DNA from: Nitrospirae bacterium CG1_02_44_142 | GTDB lineage: Bacteria > Nitrospirota > Thermodesulfovibrionia > Thermodesulfovibrionales > UBA1546 | DNA length: 40,409 bases | Direction of reading: 5' to 3' | Assembly: GCA_001871685.1 (NCBI GenBank) | Contig: MNVK01000096.1 | Span: forward strand, 1 to 40,409 | Shown here: one piece after another, positions 18,708 through 27,146 of the stretch | Layout: each line of letters begins with the position of its first letter | Position numbering within the stretch: the first letter of the stretch is position 1 | The notes under the pieces: generated by a model | Seen by the model: the letters and a program-made list of their open reading frames with translations, nothing else | Database searches by the model: none | What the model was told of the DNA's origin: nothing | Made by a program: the position numbers and the translations under genes

Positions 18708-18827
18708 TTCAATAGCGCCATAGTTCCGCAGAGCCATAGCTCGGATGCGAGTAAGCGGGGAAGCAATAAAGTTTCAGAGTATCAAAGAGCAATATAGTAG
18801 AAGGGTAAAAGTCCCATAGTCCGCTGG
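18708..18827. repeat. Degenerate phased octamer array (N6-AG)
   Basis: 15 consecutive 8-nt units, 12 ending in AG. Confidence 0.65.
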
Positions 18828-18843
18828 CGTGAAAACCGCAAAT

Positions 18844-19395
18844 CTAACGCGCTCTCTTGCGCCCGGATGCCCCGTATCTCGCCGTGCTTTCCCTGACCTC
18901 AAATCCTATTTTCCTTTTCTTCGGTTCCGGCGGTGTCATGAGTTGGCGGATTGCATCAAACACGACCTTGAACTGAGTGTCATATTTCTTTTCAATATCA
19001 TCAAGCCTTCGGGCAAGGTCTTTATTTGCGGCTATCATTTCTCGCAGTTTTACGAATGCCCGCATTATGGCAATGTTGACCTGAACTGCTCGCTCACTGT
19101 TGAGAACGCTTGAAAGCATTGCCACGCCCTGCTCAGTGAAGGCATAAGGAAAAGAGCCGCCAAAATACTTCTTATGTGGTATCACATTTTGTGATACCAG
19201 CCATTCGGCCTCGGAATCTTTCAGTTGGAACATGAAATCTTCAGGGAATCTGTCGATATTCCTTTTTACAGCTTGGTTTAATGCTCTTGTTTCTACCCCA
19301 TATAATTCTGCTAAATGTATGCTTAATATAATCTTCTGCCCGCGTATCAGATAGATTTTCTTCTCAACCACATCTTCTGGAATTAATTCTTTCAT
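18844..19395 (-). CDS. ORF6N domain protein
   Basis: [58 protein letters not shown]. Confidence 0.9.
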   Translation of the reverse strand: MKELIPEDVVEKKIYLIRGQKIILSIHLAELYGVETRALNQAVKRNIDRFPEDFMFQLKDSEAEWLVSQNVIPHKKYFGGSFPYAFTEQGVAMLSSVLNSERAVQVNIAIMRAFVKLREMIAANKDLARRLDDIEKKYDTQFKVVFDAIRQLMTPPEPKKRKIGFEVRESTARYGASGRKRAR

Positions 19396-19564
19396 CGTGT
19401 TTCCCTCCCCAATTTCCCCTCAATCATACCCCTTCAAGCGCGGGAATTTCAAGAAAGAAAAGGGTGATGAAAGGGCGCCAGCATAATGGCAGTCTCTTAA
19501 ACTTTTTTTCTTAATGCTATAATAAACAAGATTGCCGCGCAATGACAGAAAAGGACAAAAATCT

Positions 19565-20959
19565 ATGTTAGATAACGAGCTTCTTCTTAAGATTCTCAAA
19601 AAGACTCTCTCTTCTGGAGGCGAGTATGCAGACGTGTTCGTTGAACACAGAAGGCCTACATCCATACAGCTTGAAGACAATAAGATAGAAAAGATATTCA
19701 CAGGCGTAGATTCAGGGGTTGGGATAAGGCTGATAGCAAATGGAAAAACTTATTACGCCTTCAGCAACGACATATCCGAAAAGGCATTGTTAGAGCTGGC
19801 CGGAAGTTTAAAGGCATTACATCTTGCAAGCGGGAAGTCAGAGGACAAAGACTTTACGCTGGACCTTAGAAAACAGAAACCTAATGTTGATTACACTATA
19901 AAACTTCTTCCTGAAAAGATACCCATAGACAAAAAAATAGAGCTCGTGAGGGCTGCAAACAAGACTGCAAGGGATTTTGATAAAAGGGTAAAACAGGCAT
20001 TAGTCGGATACCGCGACTTTGTGCAGAAAGTCCAGATAGCGGCGTCTGACGGTTTTACGGCAGAAGATGAGCGTATTCATACGCTTATGGTTATCCACAT
20101 AGTAGCCTCTGACAACGGCATAACCCAGACAGGATATGAACATGCAGGAGGCTCTATCGGCTTTGAGCTTTTTGAGAGTGTAAAGCCGGAAGATATAGCA
20201 TTAAAGGCTGTAAGGCGTTCTCTCATGATGCTTAATGCCGGAAGGGCGCCGGGCGGAAGAATGCCTGTCGTCATATCATCAGAGGCAGGCGGCACCATGA
20301 TACATGAAGCAATAGGACACGGGCTTGAGGCTGACCTGGCACAGCAGGGACTCTCAGTATATTCTAAAAAAATAGGTGAGATAGTTGCATCTCCTTTAGT
20401 CACGGTAATTGACGATGCAACACTTCCAAACAAAAGAGGCTCCTTCCGCTTTGACGACGAAGGCACGCCGGCGCAGAGAACAGCGCTTGTAAAAAATGGG
20501 GTGCTTACAGGGTATATGTACGACAGGTTGACAGCCATGCAGGACAACACAGGCTCAACCGGAAACGGACGCAGAGAGTCATATCGCAGCAGGCCGATTC
20601 CGCGAATGACAAACACCTTTATTGCCCCCGGGAAATCCAGGCCCGAAGACGTCCTGAAATCCGTTGCGAAAGGCATCTTCATCAGAAAGATGGGCGGCGG
20701 ACAGGTAAACACAGTAAACGGCGACTTTGTATTTGAGGTTCAGGAAGGCTATATAATTAAGAATGGCGTTATCGGAGAACCTGTAAGAGGCGCAACACTT
20801 ACAGGAAACGGGCCTGCAATCTTGAAATCTATTGACATGGTTGCTTCTGACCTCGGCTTTTCAATAGGGACCTGCGGAAAGGACAATCAGGGAGCTCCTG
20901 TGTCAGATGCAATGCCCACAATAAGAATACCTGAGATTGTAGTTGGCGGCGAGGCGTAA
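19565..20959 (+). CDS. tldD: TldD family metalloprotease
   Basis: GGEYADVF.E, HEAIGHGLEAD, DDEG, TGNGRRESY, PRMTNT, GTCGK..Q. Confidence 0.93.
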   Translation: MLDNELLLKILKKTLSSGGEYADVFVEHRRPTSIQLEDNKIEKIFTGVDSGVGIRLIANGKTYYAFSNDISEKALLELAGSLKALHLASGKSEDKDFTLDLRKQKPNVDYTIKLLPEKIPIDKKIELVRAANKTARDFDKRVKQALVGYRDFVQKVQIAASDGFTAEDERIHTLMVIHIVASDNGITQTGYEHAGGSIGFELFESVKPEDIALKAVRRSLMMLNAGRAPGGRMPVVISSEAGGTMIHEAIGHGLEADLAQQGLSVYSKKIGEIVASPLVTVIDDATLPNKRGSFRFDDEGTPAQRTALVKNGVLTGYMYDRLTAMQDNTGSTGNGRRESYRSRPIPRMTNTFIAPGKSRPEDVLKSVAKGIFIRKMGGGQVNTVNGDFVFEVQEGYIIKNGVIGEPVRGATLTGNGPAILKSIDMVASDLGFSIGTCGKDNQGAPVSDAMPTIRIPEIVVGGEA

Positions 20960-21072
20960 TCCGCCTGAGGCGGATAAAAATCATTATCTCATGTGTGTTA
21001 ATAACCATACATCTGATGAATATAAACAACATCCGCCCTGCAAAAACCTATTGATTTAAAAGACTTTTATCT

Positions 21073-21087
21073 TGGCATATTATTTGC
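21073..21087 (+). promoter_or_regulatory. sigma54 (-24/-12) promoter upstream of lpxC
   Basis: TGGCAT-ATTAT-TTGC with exact GG-N10-GC spacing; IHF-like AATCAATAGGTTT on the minus strand at 21044-21056. Confidence 0.55.
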
Positions 21088-21103
21088 GTTCCCTCCATCT
21101 GTT

Positions 21104-21994
21104 ATGCGTTTACAAAGAACTATAAAACAGGAAGTAAGTTTTGCAGGCATTGGGCTTCATACAGGAGCACATGTAAGTGTAAAACTAAAACCGGCGTCCA
21201 GAGATAGCGGCATTATTTTCCATAGAATAGATAAAAATGTAATGATAAGGGCGCATGTAGGCGAAGTTTCAGACACTGCCTTTGCAACAAGCCTGGGCCA
21301 TAACGGCGCCAGGATAAAAACCGTTGAACATTTCCTCGCTGCGGCATCAGGATTAGGGATAGATAACCTTATCATTGAACTTGACGGCCCTGAGATACCT
21401 ATACTTGATGGAAGTTCTACCGGACTGATTGACATAATCCTGAGAGGCGGAATTGCGAAACAGGGGAAGAGAAGGTCGTATCTGCGCATTACAAAACCTA
21501 TATTCTTTGAGGATGGACATTCGGAAATTGCCGCTTTCCCGCATAACGGCAGAAGATTGACATACAGAATTTACTTTAACCACCATCTATTAGGAGAGCA
21601 AAAATTAACCTTAGAACTGAACGAAGAAACATTTGCAAGAGAAGTTGCTCCGGCAAGGACCTTCGGGTTTGTGAAAGATGTAGAGTATCTCAGGGCCAAC
21701 GGGCTTGCAAAAGGCGGCTCTCTTGACAATGCTGTCATCCTTGGAGACGATGGTGTGCTGAATAAATCAGGCCTGAGATTTAAGGATGAATTCGTAAGAC
21801 ATAAAATGCTTGATTTTATTGGCGATATCTCCCTGATAGGATTCCCTATCTACGGACATCTTGTAGCGAGCAAGGCAGGTCATTCTACAAATATAAAATT
21901 CGTAAAAAATCTGCTTTCTGCAGCGGACTGCTGGGAAATTGTATCTGATACTGACATTGAATATGCCCGGGTTAATGCATTGGCATATTCATAA
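21104..21994 (+). CDS. lpxC: UDP-3-O-acyl-GlcNAc deacetylase
   Basis: QRTI, GIGLHTG, TVEH, EIPILDGS, ARTFGF, RHKMLDFIGD. Confidence 0.97.
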   Translation: MRLQRTIKQEVSFAGIGLHTGAHVSVKLKPASRDSGIIFHRIDKNVMIRAHVGEVSDTAFATSLGHNGARIKTVEHFLAAASGLGIDNLIIELDGPEIPILDGSSTGLIDIILRGGIAKQGKRRSYLRITKPIFFEDGHSEIAAFPHNGRRLTYRIYFNHHLLGEQKLTLELNEETFAREVAPARTFGFVKDVEYLRANGLAKGGSLDNAVILGDDGVLNKSGLRFKDEFVRHKMLDFIGDISLIGFPIYGHLVASKAGHSTNIKFVKNLLSAADCWEIVSDTDIEYARVNALAYS

Positions 21995-22094
21995 AAAATC
22001 CATATATTTCAAGAAGTTATAAAAAACTACTTGATTTTTTCTCCGAAATCAGTATCTTATATAGTTACATCGTTTGTTTTCTAAATTGAAAAAT

Positions 22095-22130
22095 AAAAAA
22101 AAGAGGGCTGGAGATTGCACTCCCCAGCCC
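22095..22130 (-). terminator. Intrinsic terminator downstream of the micro-ORF
   Basis: Minus strand GGGCTGGGGAG-TGCAAT-CTCCAGCCC followed by TCTTTTTTTT. Confidence 0.75.
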
Positions 22131-22151
22131 AAAAGACTCTGAAACACTTAC

Positions 22152-22193
22152 TTATTTCTTTTTCTTCTTTGCTGCTTTCTTCTTAGCTGCCAT
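22152..22193 (-). CDS. 13-aa Lys/Ala-rich micro-protein MAAKKKAAKKKKK
   Basis: ATG preceded by GAGGGGGTGA SD, TAA stop, downstream terminator; not in the ORF track. Confidence 0.6.
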   Translation of the reverse strand: MAAKKKAAKKKKK

Positions 22194-22254
22194 TCTAATT
22201 CACCCCCTCTCCAACCCTCTTTGAGTCATTAGACTCAAAGGGGAAAGTTTTAAT

Positions 22255-22851
22255 CTAAAGCCTGCCTATCAAGATAATCCTTCTGCCTGATAGCAGTTTT
22301 TCTAAATCTGCATCGGCATTTTCTTTCCTGTGTTTATATTCAGACTCATCAAGCGCAGTATAGTTAATCTTCTTGCCAAACTTATCTTCAAGCTCTTTTA
22401 ACCCTGCGCCTATGTCATTGGAAGCCGCCCCTATTATGAAAAGGTCAACACTGCCGACATCCTCACCCTCTGCGTAAGGGCCGTAAAGGAATGCCGCCTT
22501 TGCGCCAGCCATCCTCACCATTGTCTTAAGCGCTCCGGGGAGACCAAGGGATTTATCAATGAGGTTTTTAAGCTCCGGAAACAGCGGAGACGTCTTATTT
22601 GCCTGAAAGTATCTAAGATTAGCAACCCTATGGCTGAACAAAATCCCCATCTTCTCAAGGTTGTCAAGCTCTCTCTTTACCCCTGAAGGATTCTTTCTTA
22701 TAAGGTTGGCTATTTCCCTGACATAGAATTTTTCATCAGGGTTGTTAAGCAGAAGGGCAAGCACGTCAGCCCTTATTGCCGAGGAAAACAACATCTTCAA
22801 CGAGGTCTCGCCTGTCTGCTGCTTAACCGTTCCTGTCTGCTGTTTAACCAT
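22255..22851 (-). CDS. Winged-HTH (ArsR-like) plus degenerate minimal nucleotidyltransferase domain protein
   Basis: LFSSAIR...FYVREIA...VKRELDNLEKMGIL wHTH; AFLYGPYAEGEDVGSVDLFIIG MNT-like segment. Confidence 0.75.
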   Translation of the reverse strand: MVKQQTGTVKQQTGETSLKMLFSSAIRADVLALLLNNPDEKFYVREIANLIRKNPSGVKRELDNLEKMGILFSHRVANLRYFQANKTSPLFPELKNLIDKSLGLPGALKTMVRMAGAKAAFLYGPYAEGEDVGSVDLFIIGAASNDIGAGLKELEDKFGKKINYTALDESEYKHRKENADADLEKLLSGRRIILIGRL

Positions 22852-22861
22852 TCTGCATTAA

Positions 22862-22890
22862 TTTATAACACAACAAAACATATTTGTCAA
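22862..22890 (-). promoter_or_regulatory. sigma70 promoter
   Basis: TTGACA-17 nt-TATAAA with extended TG. Confidence 0.6.
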
Positions 22891-23229
22891 CAAAAAAATT
22901 ACTTTTTTATACAAAAAATCATTTTTTATGATTATCCACATATAATTTTGATTCAATACATGTTTTTAGGTCAACAATTAATCGCTCTATTTACACAAAG
23001 CTATATTTAAAGTAAATCGGTGCAATCCTATTTATAAACAAAACATACGCCTAATGTATACAGAACAATAGAATTGTACACTTAACATTACAATCCATAG
23101 AACAATCGTTTATTTTTATAGCAAATCCTACATATTGTGGTATTCGGCTTAACAGGCACAAGTGAGAATGAGATTGGCAACCTTCTCCCATCGCTTGACA
23201 TAATCTATAAGCAACTCATAAAATTAACC

Positions 23230-23664
23230 ATGTCAGCTGATGATAAAGTCGTCCTGAGATTCATTGACGGCAAACTACTTAGGGGATATTTGAAGGAATT
23301 CTCTCAGGAGTCTCCTGAGATTTTATTCAAAAAACTGGATGGGAAAAGGACCCAGGCCATCCCTATGCTAAAACTTAAGGCGATATTTTTTGTAAAGACG
23401 TTTGAAGGCGACAGCGGATATATAGAAAAAAAGATATACGGACTCAGACAGAGCGAAGGCAAAAAAATATTTGTTAAATTCAATGATGACGAATCAATGG
23501 TGGGTTATCTTCAGGGCGGCGTCCCCTGGAATAAAGGCTTTTTCCTCTCTAAACCCGATAATGGGAAAAAAGGCTTTTTTCTTGTGCCCGTGGATAAAGC
23601 CAGCAATAATATCAGGGTGTTTGTTGTAAGGTCAGCAGTTAAGGATATCACAGCTATTCCCTGA
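23230..23664 (+). CDS. Conserved hypothetical protein (DUF6982-like)
   Basis: KVVLRF.DG..L.G, LKAIFFVKTFEG, VKF.D.E...G, FFL.P.D..SNN; TTGACA-18-TAAAAT upstream supports ATG 23230. Confidence 0.65.
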   Translation: MSADDKVVLRFIDGKLLRGYLKEFSQESPEILFKKLDGKRTQAIPMLKLKAIFFVKTFEGDSGYIEKKIYGLRQSEGKKIFVKFNDDESMVGYLQGGVPWNKGFFLSKPDNGKKGFFLVPVDKASNNIRVFVVRSAVKDITAIP

Positions 23665-23757
23665 ATTCCTTCGCTCCGGCTAAGTATAATCTTGTAGAAT
23701 TATTTATGAGCCATAGGGTATACTTACACAACAGTTTCCGCATCTTAGGAGGAAGCA

Positions 23758-24714
23758 ATGACAAGGCTTAAGGCATTCATTTCTGTATTAATAATACTAA
23801 TCTCCTGCGGCGTTTCCAGCGCAGCAATACTCCTTGACAAGGTAATCGCAGTCGTGAATCAGGAAGTCATAACCTGGAGCGATTTGTATAAGGCGATGGA
23901 ATTTGAGGCAAGCGATAAAATGAAGGACATAAAAGAAGAGGAAAGAAGAAAAATATTCAAGGAGAATGAAGGCGCATTCCTTGAAGTTCTGATAGACATG
24001 AAATTGCAGATTCAGGCCGCAAAACAGAGAGGGATAGATGCAGCGGCAGAGGAGATAGCCGAGGCTATAAACGACATAAAGAAAAAATATTCAATGGATG
24101 AACAATCATTTATAGTTTCACTGAAAAAAGAAGGGTTTACATTAGATGAATACAAGAAAAAACTCTCAGAACAGATTATATTAAGCAGGGTAGTTTCTCA
24201 GGAGGTAAGAAATAAAATAGTCATTTCTGAGACTGAGATAGCGAAATACATGGGGAAAAATAAGGATGCGCTGATAGCTGATGAGGCTTACAGGATAAGG
24301 CAGATTTTCTTCAGGAAACCAAACAGCAATACTGACAGAAAAACGGTAGAAGAAAAGGCAGAAGCTCTTTACCTGCAGATAAAGGCTGGAGAAAATTTCG
24401 CTTCCCTCGCCCAGAAATATTCCGAAGACCCGTCAGGCAAGACAGGCGGAGACCTTGGTTTTATTAAAAAGGGCTACATGGCTAAAGAATTTACAGCTGC
24501 GCTGTCAAAAATGAAAAAGGGCGATGTCAGTCAGCCCTTCTGGACTGACATGGGACTGCATATCATTAAACTTGAAGAAAAAATAGAAAAACAGAACGAA
24601 GCTGCAATAAAAGAAGCCGCCAGAAATACATTAATGGAAAAGTATTTTTCCGAGAGATACAAACACTGGCTCAGAGAACTAAGAGAAACCGCCTATATTG
24701 AGATAAGGCTATAG
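23758..24714 (+). CDS. surA: SurA-like chaperone / parvulin PPIase
   Basis: Signal peptide, DKVIAVVNQEVIT, F..LAQKYSEDP...GGDLG, HIIKL. Confidence 0.85.
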   Translation: MTRLKAFISVLIILISCGVSSAAILLDKVIAVVNQEVITWSDLYKAMEFEASDKMKDIKEEERRKIFKENEGAFLEVLIDMKLQIQAAKQRGIDAAAEEIAEAINDIKKKYSMDEQSFIVSLKKEGFTLDEYKKKLSEQIILSRVVSQEVRNKIVISETEIAKYMGKNKDALIADEAYRIRQIFFRKPNSNTDRKTVEEKAEALYLQIKAGENFASLAQKYSEDPSGKTGGDLGFIKKGYMAKEFTAALSKMKKGDVSQPFWTDMGLHIIKLEEKIEKQNEAAIKEAARNTLMEKYFSERYKHWLRELRETAYIEIRL

Positions 24715-24766
24715 TAATGGTGCAGAGGGTTCAGCAACAGAGTATGCTTGAGAGGAGGCATCTGCC

Positions 24767-25426
24767 ATGCTGAAGATAGGCGTCCTTGCATCGGGCCGCG
24801 GCTCTAACTTTCAGGCAATAATAGACGAGATAGAAAATAAAAATCTCAAAGCCTCAATAGAGATATTGATAACAGACAATCCATCCGCCTTTGCGATAGA
24901 ACGGGCTGAGAGGCATAACATAAACCACATGTTTATAAACCCCGAAGACTTCGCTGCAAAGGATGAATTCTTCAAAAAAATTGCAGACGAACTTAAATCA
25001 CGCGGCGTTGACCTCGTTATACTTGCAGGATTCATGAGAATTGTAAGAAAACCCCTGATAGACGCATTCCCCGATAGGATAATGAATATCCATCCCGCGC
25101 TGCTCCCTGCATTCCCGGGGATGCACGGACAGAGACAGGCGCTTGATTACGGCGTAAAGATTTCAGGATGCACAGTTCATTTTGTTGACGGGGGCATGGA
25201 TACAGGACCGGTTATCATTCAGGCGGCAGTCCCTGTGACGTCTGATGACACGGAAGACACGCTTTCCGAACGCATACTGAGTTTTGAGCACAAGATATAT
25301 CCTGAGGCAGTAAGGCTCTTTTCAGAGGGAAGGCTTGAGATAAAGGGCAGGAAGGTTGTGATAAAAAACCATTCCGCAGTCATATCAAATATTGTAAACC
25401 CGCCCATAGATGAAACAGATGCATGA
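24767..25426 (+). CDS. purN: Phosphoribosylglycinamide formyltransferase
   Basis: ASGRGSNFQA, LAGFMR, NIHPALLP.FPG, GCTVHFVD.GMDTGP. Confidence 0.96.
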   Translation: MLKIGVLASGRGSNFQAIIDEIENKNLKASIEILITDNPSAFAIERAERHNINHMFINPEDFAAKDEFFKKIADELKSRGVDLVILAGFMRIVRKPLIDAFPDRIMNIHPALLPAFPGMHGQRQALDYGVKISGCTVHFVDGGMDTGPVIIQAAVPVTSDDTEDTLSERILSFEHKIYPEAVRLFSEGRLEIKGRKVVIKNHSAVISNIVNPPIDETDA

Positions 25427-25524
25427 TACAAGATGCAGGATGCAAGATTTAACCCCTCTCAGTCCCCCCTTATTAAGGGGGGAAGTAAAGGGGGGTATCA
25501 TGTATCGTGCATCATGAATCATGA
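25418..25524. repeat. C/G-run palindromic element copy 5 (25452-25496) nested in inverted GATGCAN/ATCNTGN heptamer arrays
   Basis: GATGCAT GATACAA GATGCAG GATGCAA - ACCCCTCTCAGTCCCCCCTTATTAAGGGGGGAAGTAAAGGGGGGT - ATCATGT ATCGTGC ATCATGA ATCATGA. Confidence 0.88.
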
Positions 25525-26093
25525 AAATCTCCGCAGGCCATTTAAAAGGAAGAAAGATAAACTTCAGAAAAGCGCAGAAGGCTGCTAAAAAAGAGCATAC
25601 ATTAAGACCAACCTCATCCAAGGTGAGAGAATCCATTTTTAACATCATAGGCGCTTTAATCTCAGGCTCTCAATTCGCTGACCTCTATGCAGGCACAGGC
25701 GCGGTAGGGATAGAGGCAATGAGCAGAGGAGCTAAAAGGGTCTTCTTTGTAGAGGCTGACAGGAAAAGAGCAGAGATGATAAAGGATATGCTGAAAGACT
25801 GCGGCTGCATCCCAAGAGCCAATATCATAAAAGGAGAAGCATCCGCCTTTATAACTAAGGCGGTAAGAGAGGGTTTGAGATTTAATATAATATTCCTTGA
25901 CCCTCCTTATCATTCAGGAGCGCTTGAACATATACTTCCACTGCTGTCCGGCGGAGAACTGCTTCACGATGAAGGCATTATCATTGCAGAACACCTTTCA
26001 AAGAAAAAGCTGCCCGATGAAATCGGCAAACTCTTACAGAAGAAGGCTTACAAATACGGCGATACTATGCTAACATTATACAGAAAGGTTTAA
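25521..26093 (+). CDS. rsmD: 16S rRNA m2G966 methyltransferase
   Basis: LRPTSSKVRESIFN, DLYAGTGAVGIEAMSRGA, FLDPPY, YGDT. Confidence 0.94.
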   Translation: MKISAGHLKGRKINFRKAQKAAKKEHTLRPTSSKVRESIFNIIGALISGSQFADLYAGTGAVGIEAMSRGAKRVFFVEADRKRAEMIKDMLKDCGCIPRANIIKGEASAFITKAVREGLRFNIIFLDPPYHSGALEHILPLLSGGELLHDEGIIIAEHLSKKKLPDEIGKLLQKKAYKYGDTMLTLYRKV

Positions 26094-26147
26094 TGAAACA
26101 TTCATGCGAAGAGGCTGCTTCAGCCTCTCAGAGAAAGGTATTTTCAA

Positions 26148-26630
26148 ATGAAAAGAATAGCTATTTACCCGGGAACATTTGACCCCATAACAAACGGCCA
26201 TATAGACCTTGTGCAAAGAGGGCTTAGAATATTTGACAAGGTTATCATCGCTATAACAACAGCTCAGAAAAAACAGCCCCTTTTTACTGCTGATGAACGC
26301 ATTGACCTGATAAAAAACGCTCTAAAGGGATTTAAAAATGTCAGCGTTGATTCATTTAACGGGCTTCTGATTGAATATGCTAAGTCAAAGAACGGAACAG
26401 CAGTTATAAGAGGACTGCGCGCCGTGTCTGATTTTGAGTACGAATTTCAGATGGCGCTTATGAACAGGAGACTGGCAGTTGCAATAGAGACTGTCTTTAT
26501 GATGCCCTCCGAAGAATACTCATTCCTGACGTCCACAATTGTAAAAGAAGTCGCATCATTCGGCGGTTCTGTAAAAGGGCTTGTCCCTGAAGCAGTTGAA
26601 AAAGCATTAAGGAGAAAATTTCAAAAATGA
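26148..26630 (+). CDS. coaD: Phosphopantetheine adenylyltransferase
   Basis: YPGTFDPITNGH, RGLRAVSDFEYE. Confidence 0.97.
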   Translation: MKRIAIYPGTFDPITNGHIDLVQRGLRIFDKVIIAITTAQKKQPLFTADERIDLIKNALKGFKNVSVDSFNGLLIEYAKSKNGTAVIRGLRAVSDFEYEFQMALMNRRLAVAIETVFMMPSEEYSFLTSTIVKEVASFGGSVKGLVPEAVEKALRRKFQK

Positions 26631-26947
26631 TAACGATTGAAGACTTTGCAAAAGTAGAATTAAAAATCGGCAAAGTGCTTGAGGCGCAGAGGGTTGAAAA
26701 ATCAAACAAACTTATTGTCATGAAGATTGACACAGGCGAAGAGCGGCAGATAGTCGCAGGCGTCGGCAGGGCATACACGCCTGAAGAGCTTGTCGGCAAA
26801 AGCATCGTTGTTGTAACAAACCTCCAGCCTGCAAACCTCATGGGAGTGGAGTCTCATGGAATGCTCCTCGCGGCGTCGGATGACGAAGGGAACCTTTCAG
26901 TCATTACTCTGGAGAAAGAGATAAAAGCAGGGGCAAGGGTAAAGTAG
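26627..26947 (+). CDS. tRNA-binding OB-fold protein (MetG C-terminal/Trbp111-like)
   Basis: ITIEDFAKVEL.IG, RQIVAG, NLQPA.LMGVES.GMLLAA. Confidence 0.88.
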   Translation: MITIEDFAKVELKIGKVLEAQRVEKSNKLIVMKIDTGEERQIVAGVGRAYTPEELVGKSIVVVTNLQPANLMGVESHGMLLAASDDEGNLSVITLEKEIKAGARVK

Positions 26948-27038
26948 CTCTCCAATCTCACAAGTTCCTAAGTACCATAGTTCTGAGGAACCAAAGTTTT
27001 ATATTTTTACCGTGCTATTGGCTGTGGCACTTTTGAAG

Positions 27039-27065
27039 AAATGTGGGAAGCGTCCCTCTACCATC
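27039..27065. repeat. GTCCCT repeat, 24/27 identical to 14784-14810
   Basis: AAATGTGGGAAGCGTCCCTCTACCATC. Confidence 0.75.
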
Positions 27066-27146
27066 TCCTGATCTCAGATAGCCCTACTGTATGTCAAGGT
27101 CAGAGAATTAATATCGATAGGCTGGGTATTACAGCCATTGAAGATT

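Noticed and set aside
18844..19395. Prophage (ORF6N is a phage-associated domain)
   Set aside because: No integrase, structural or replication genes; ORF6N is solitary.
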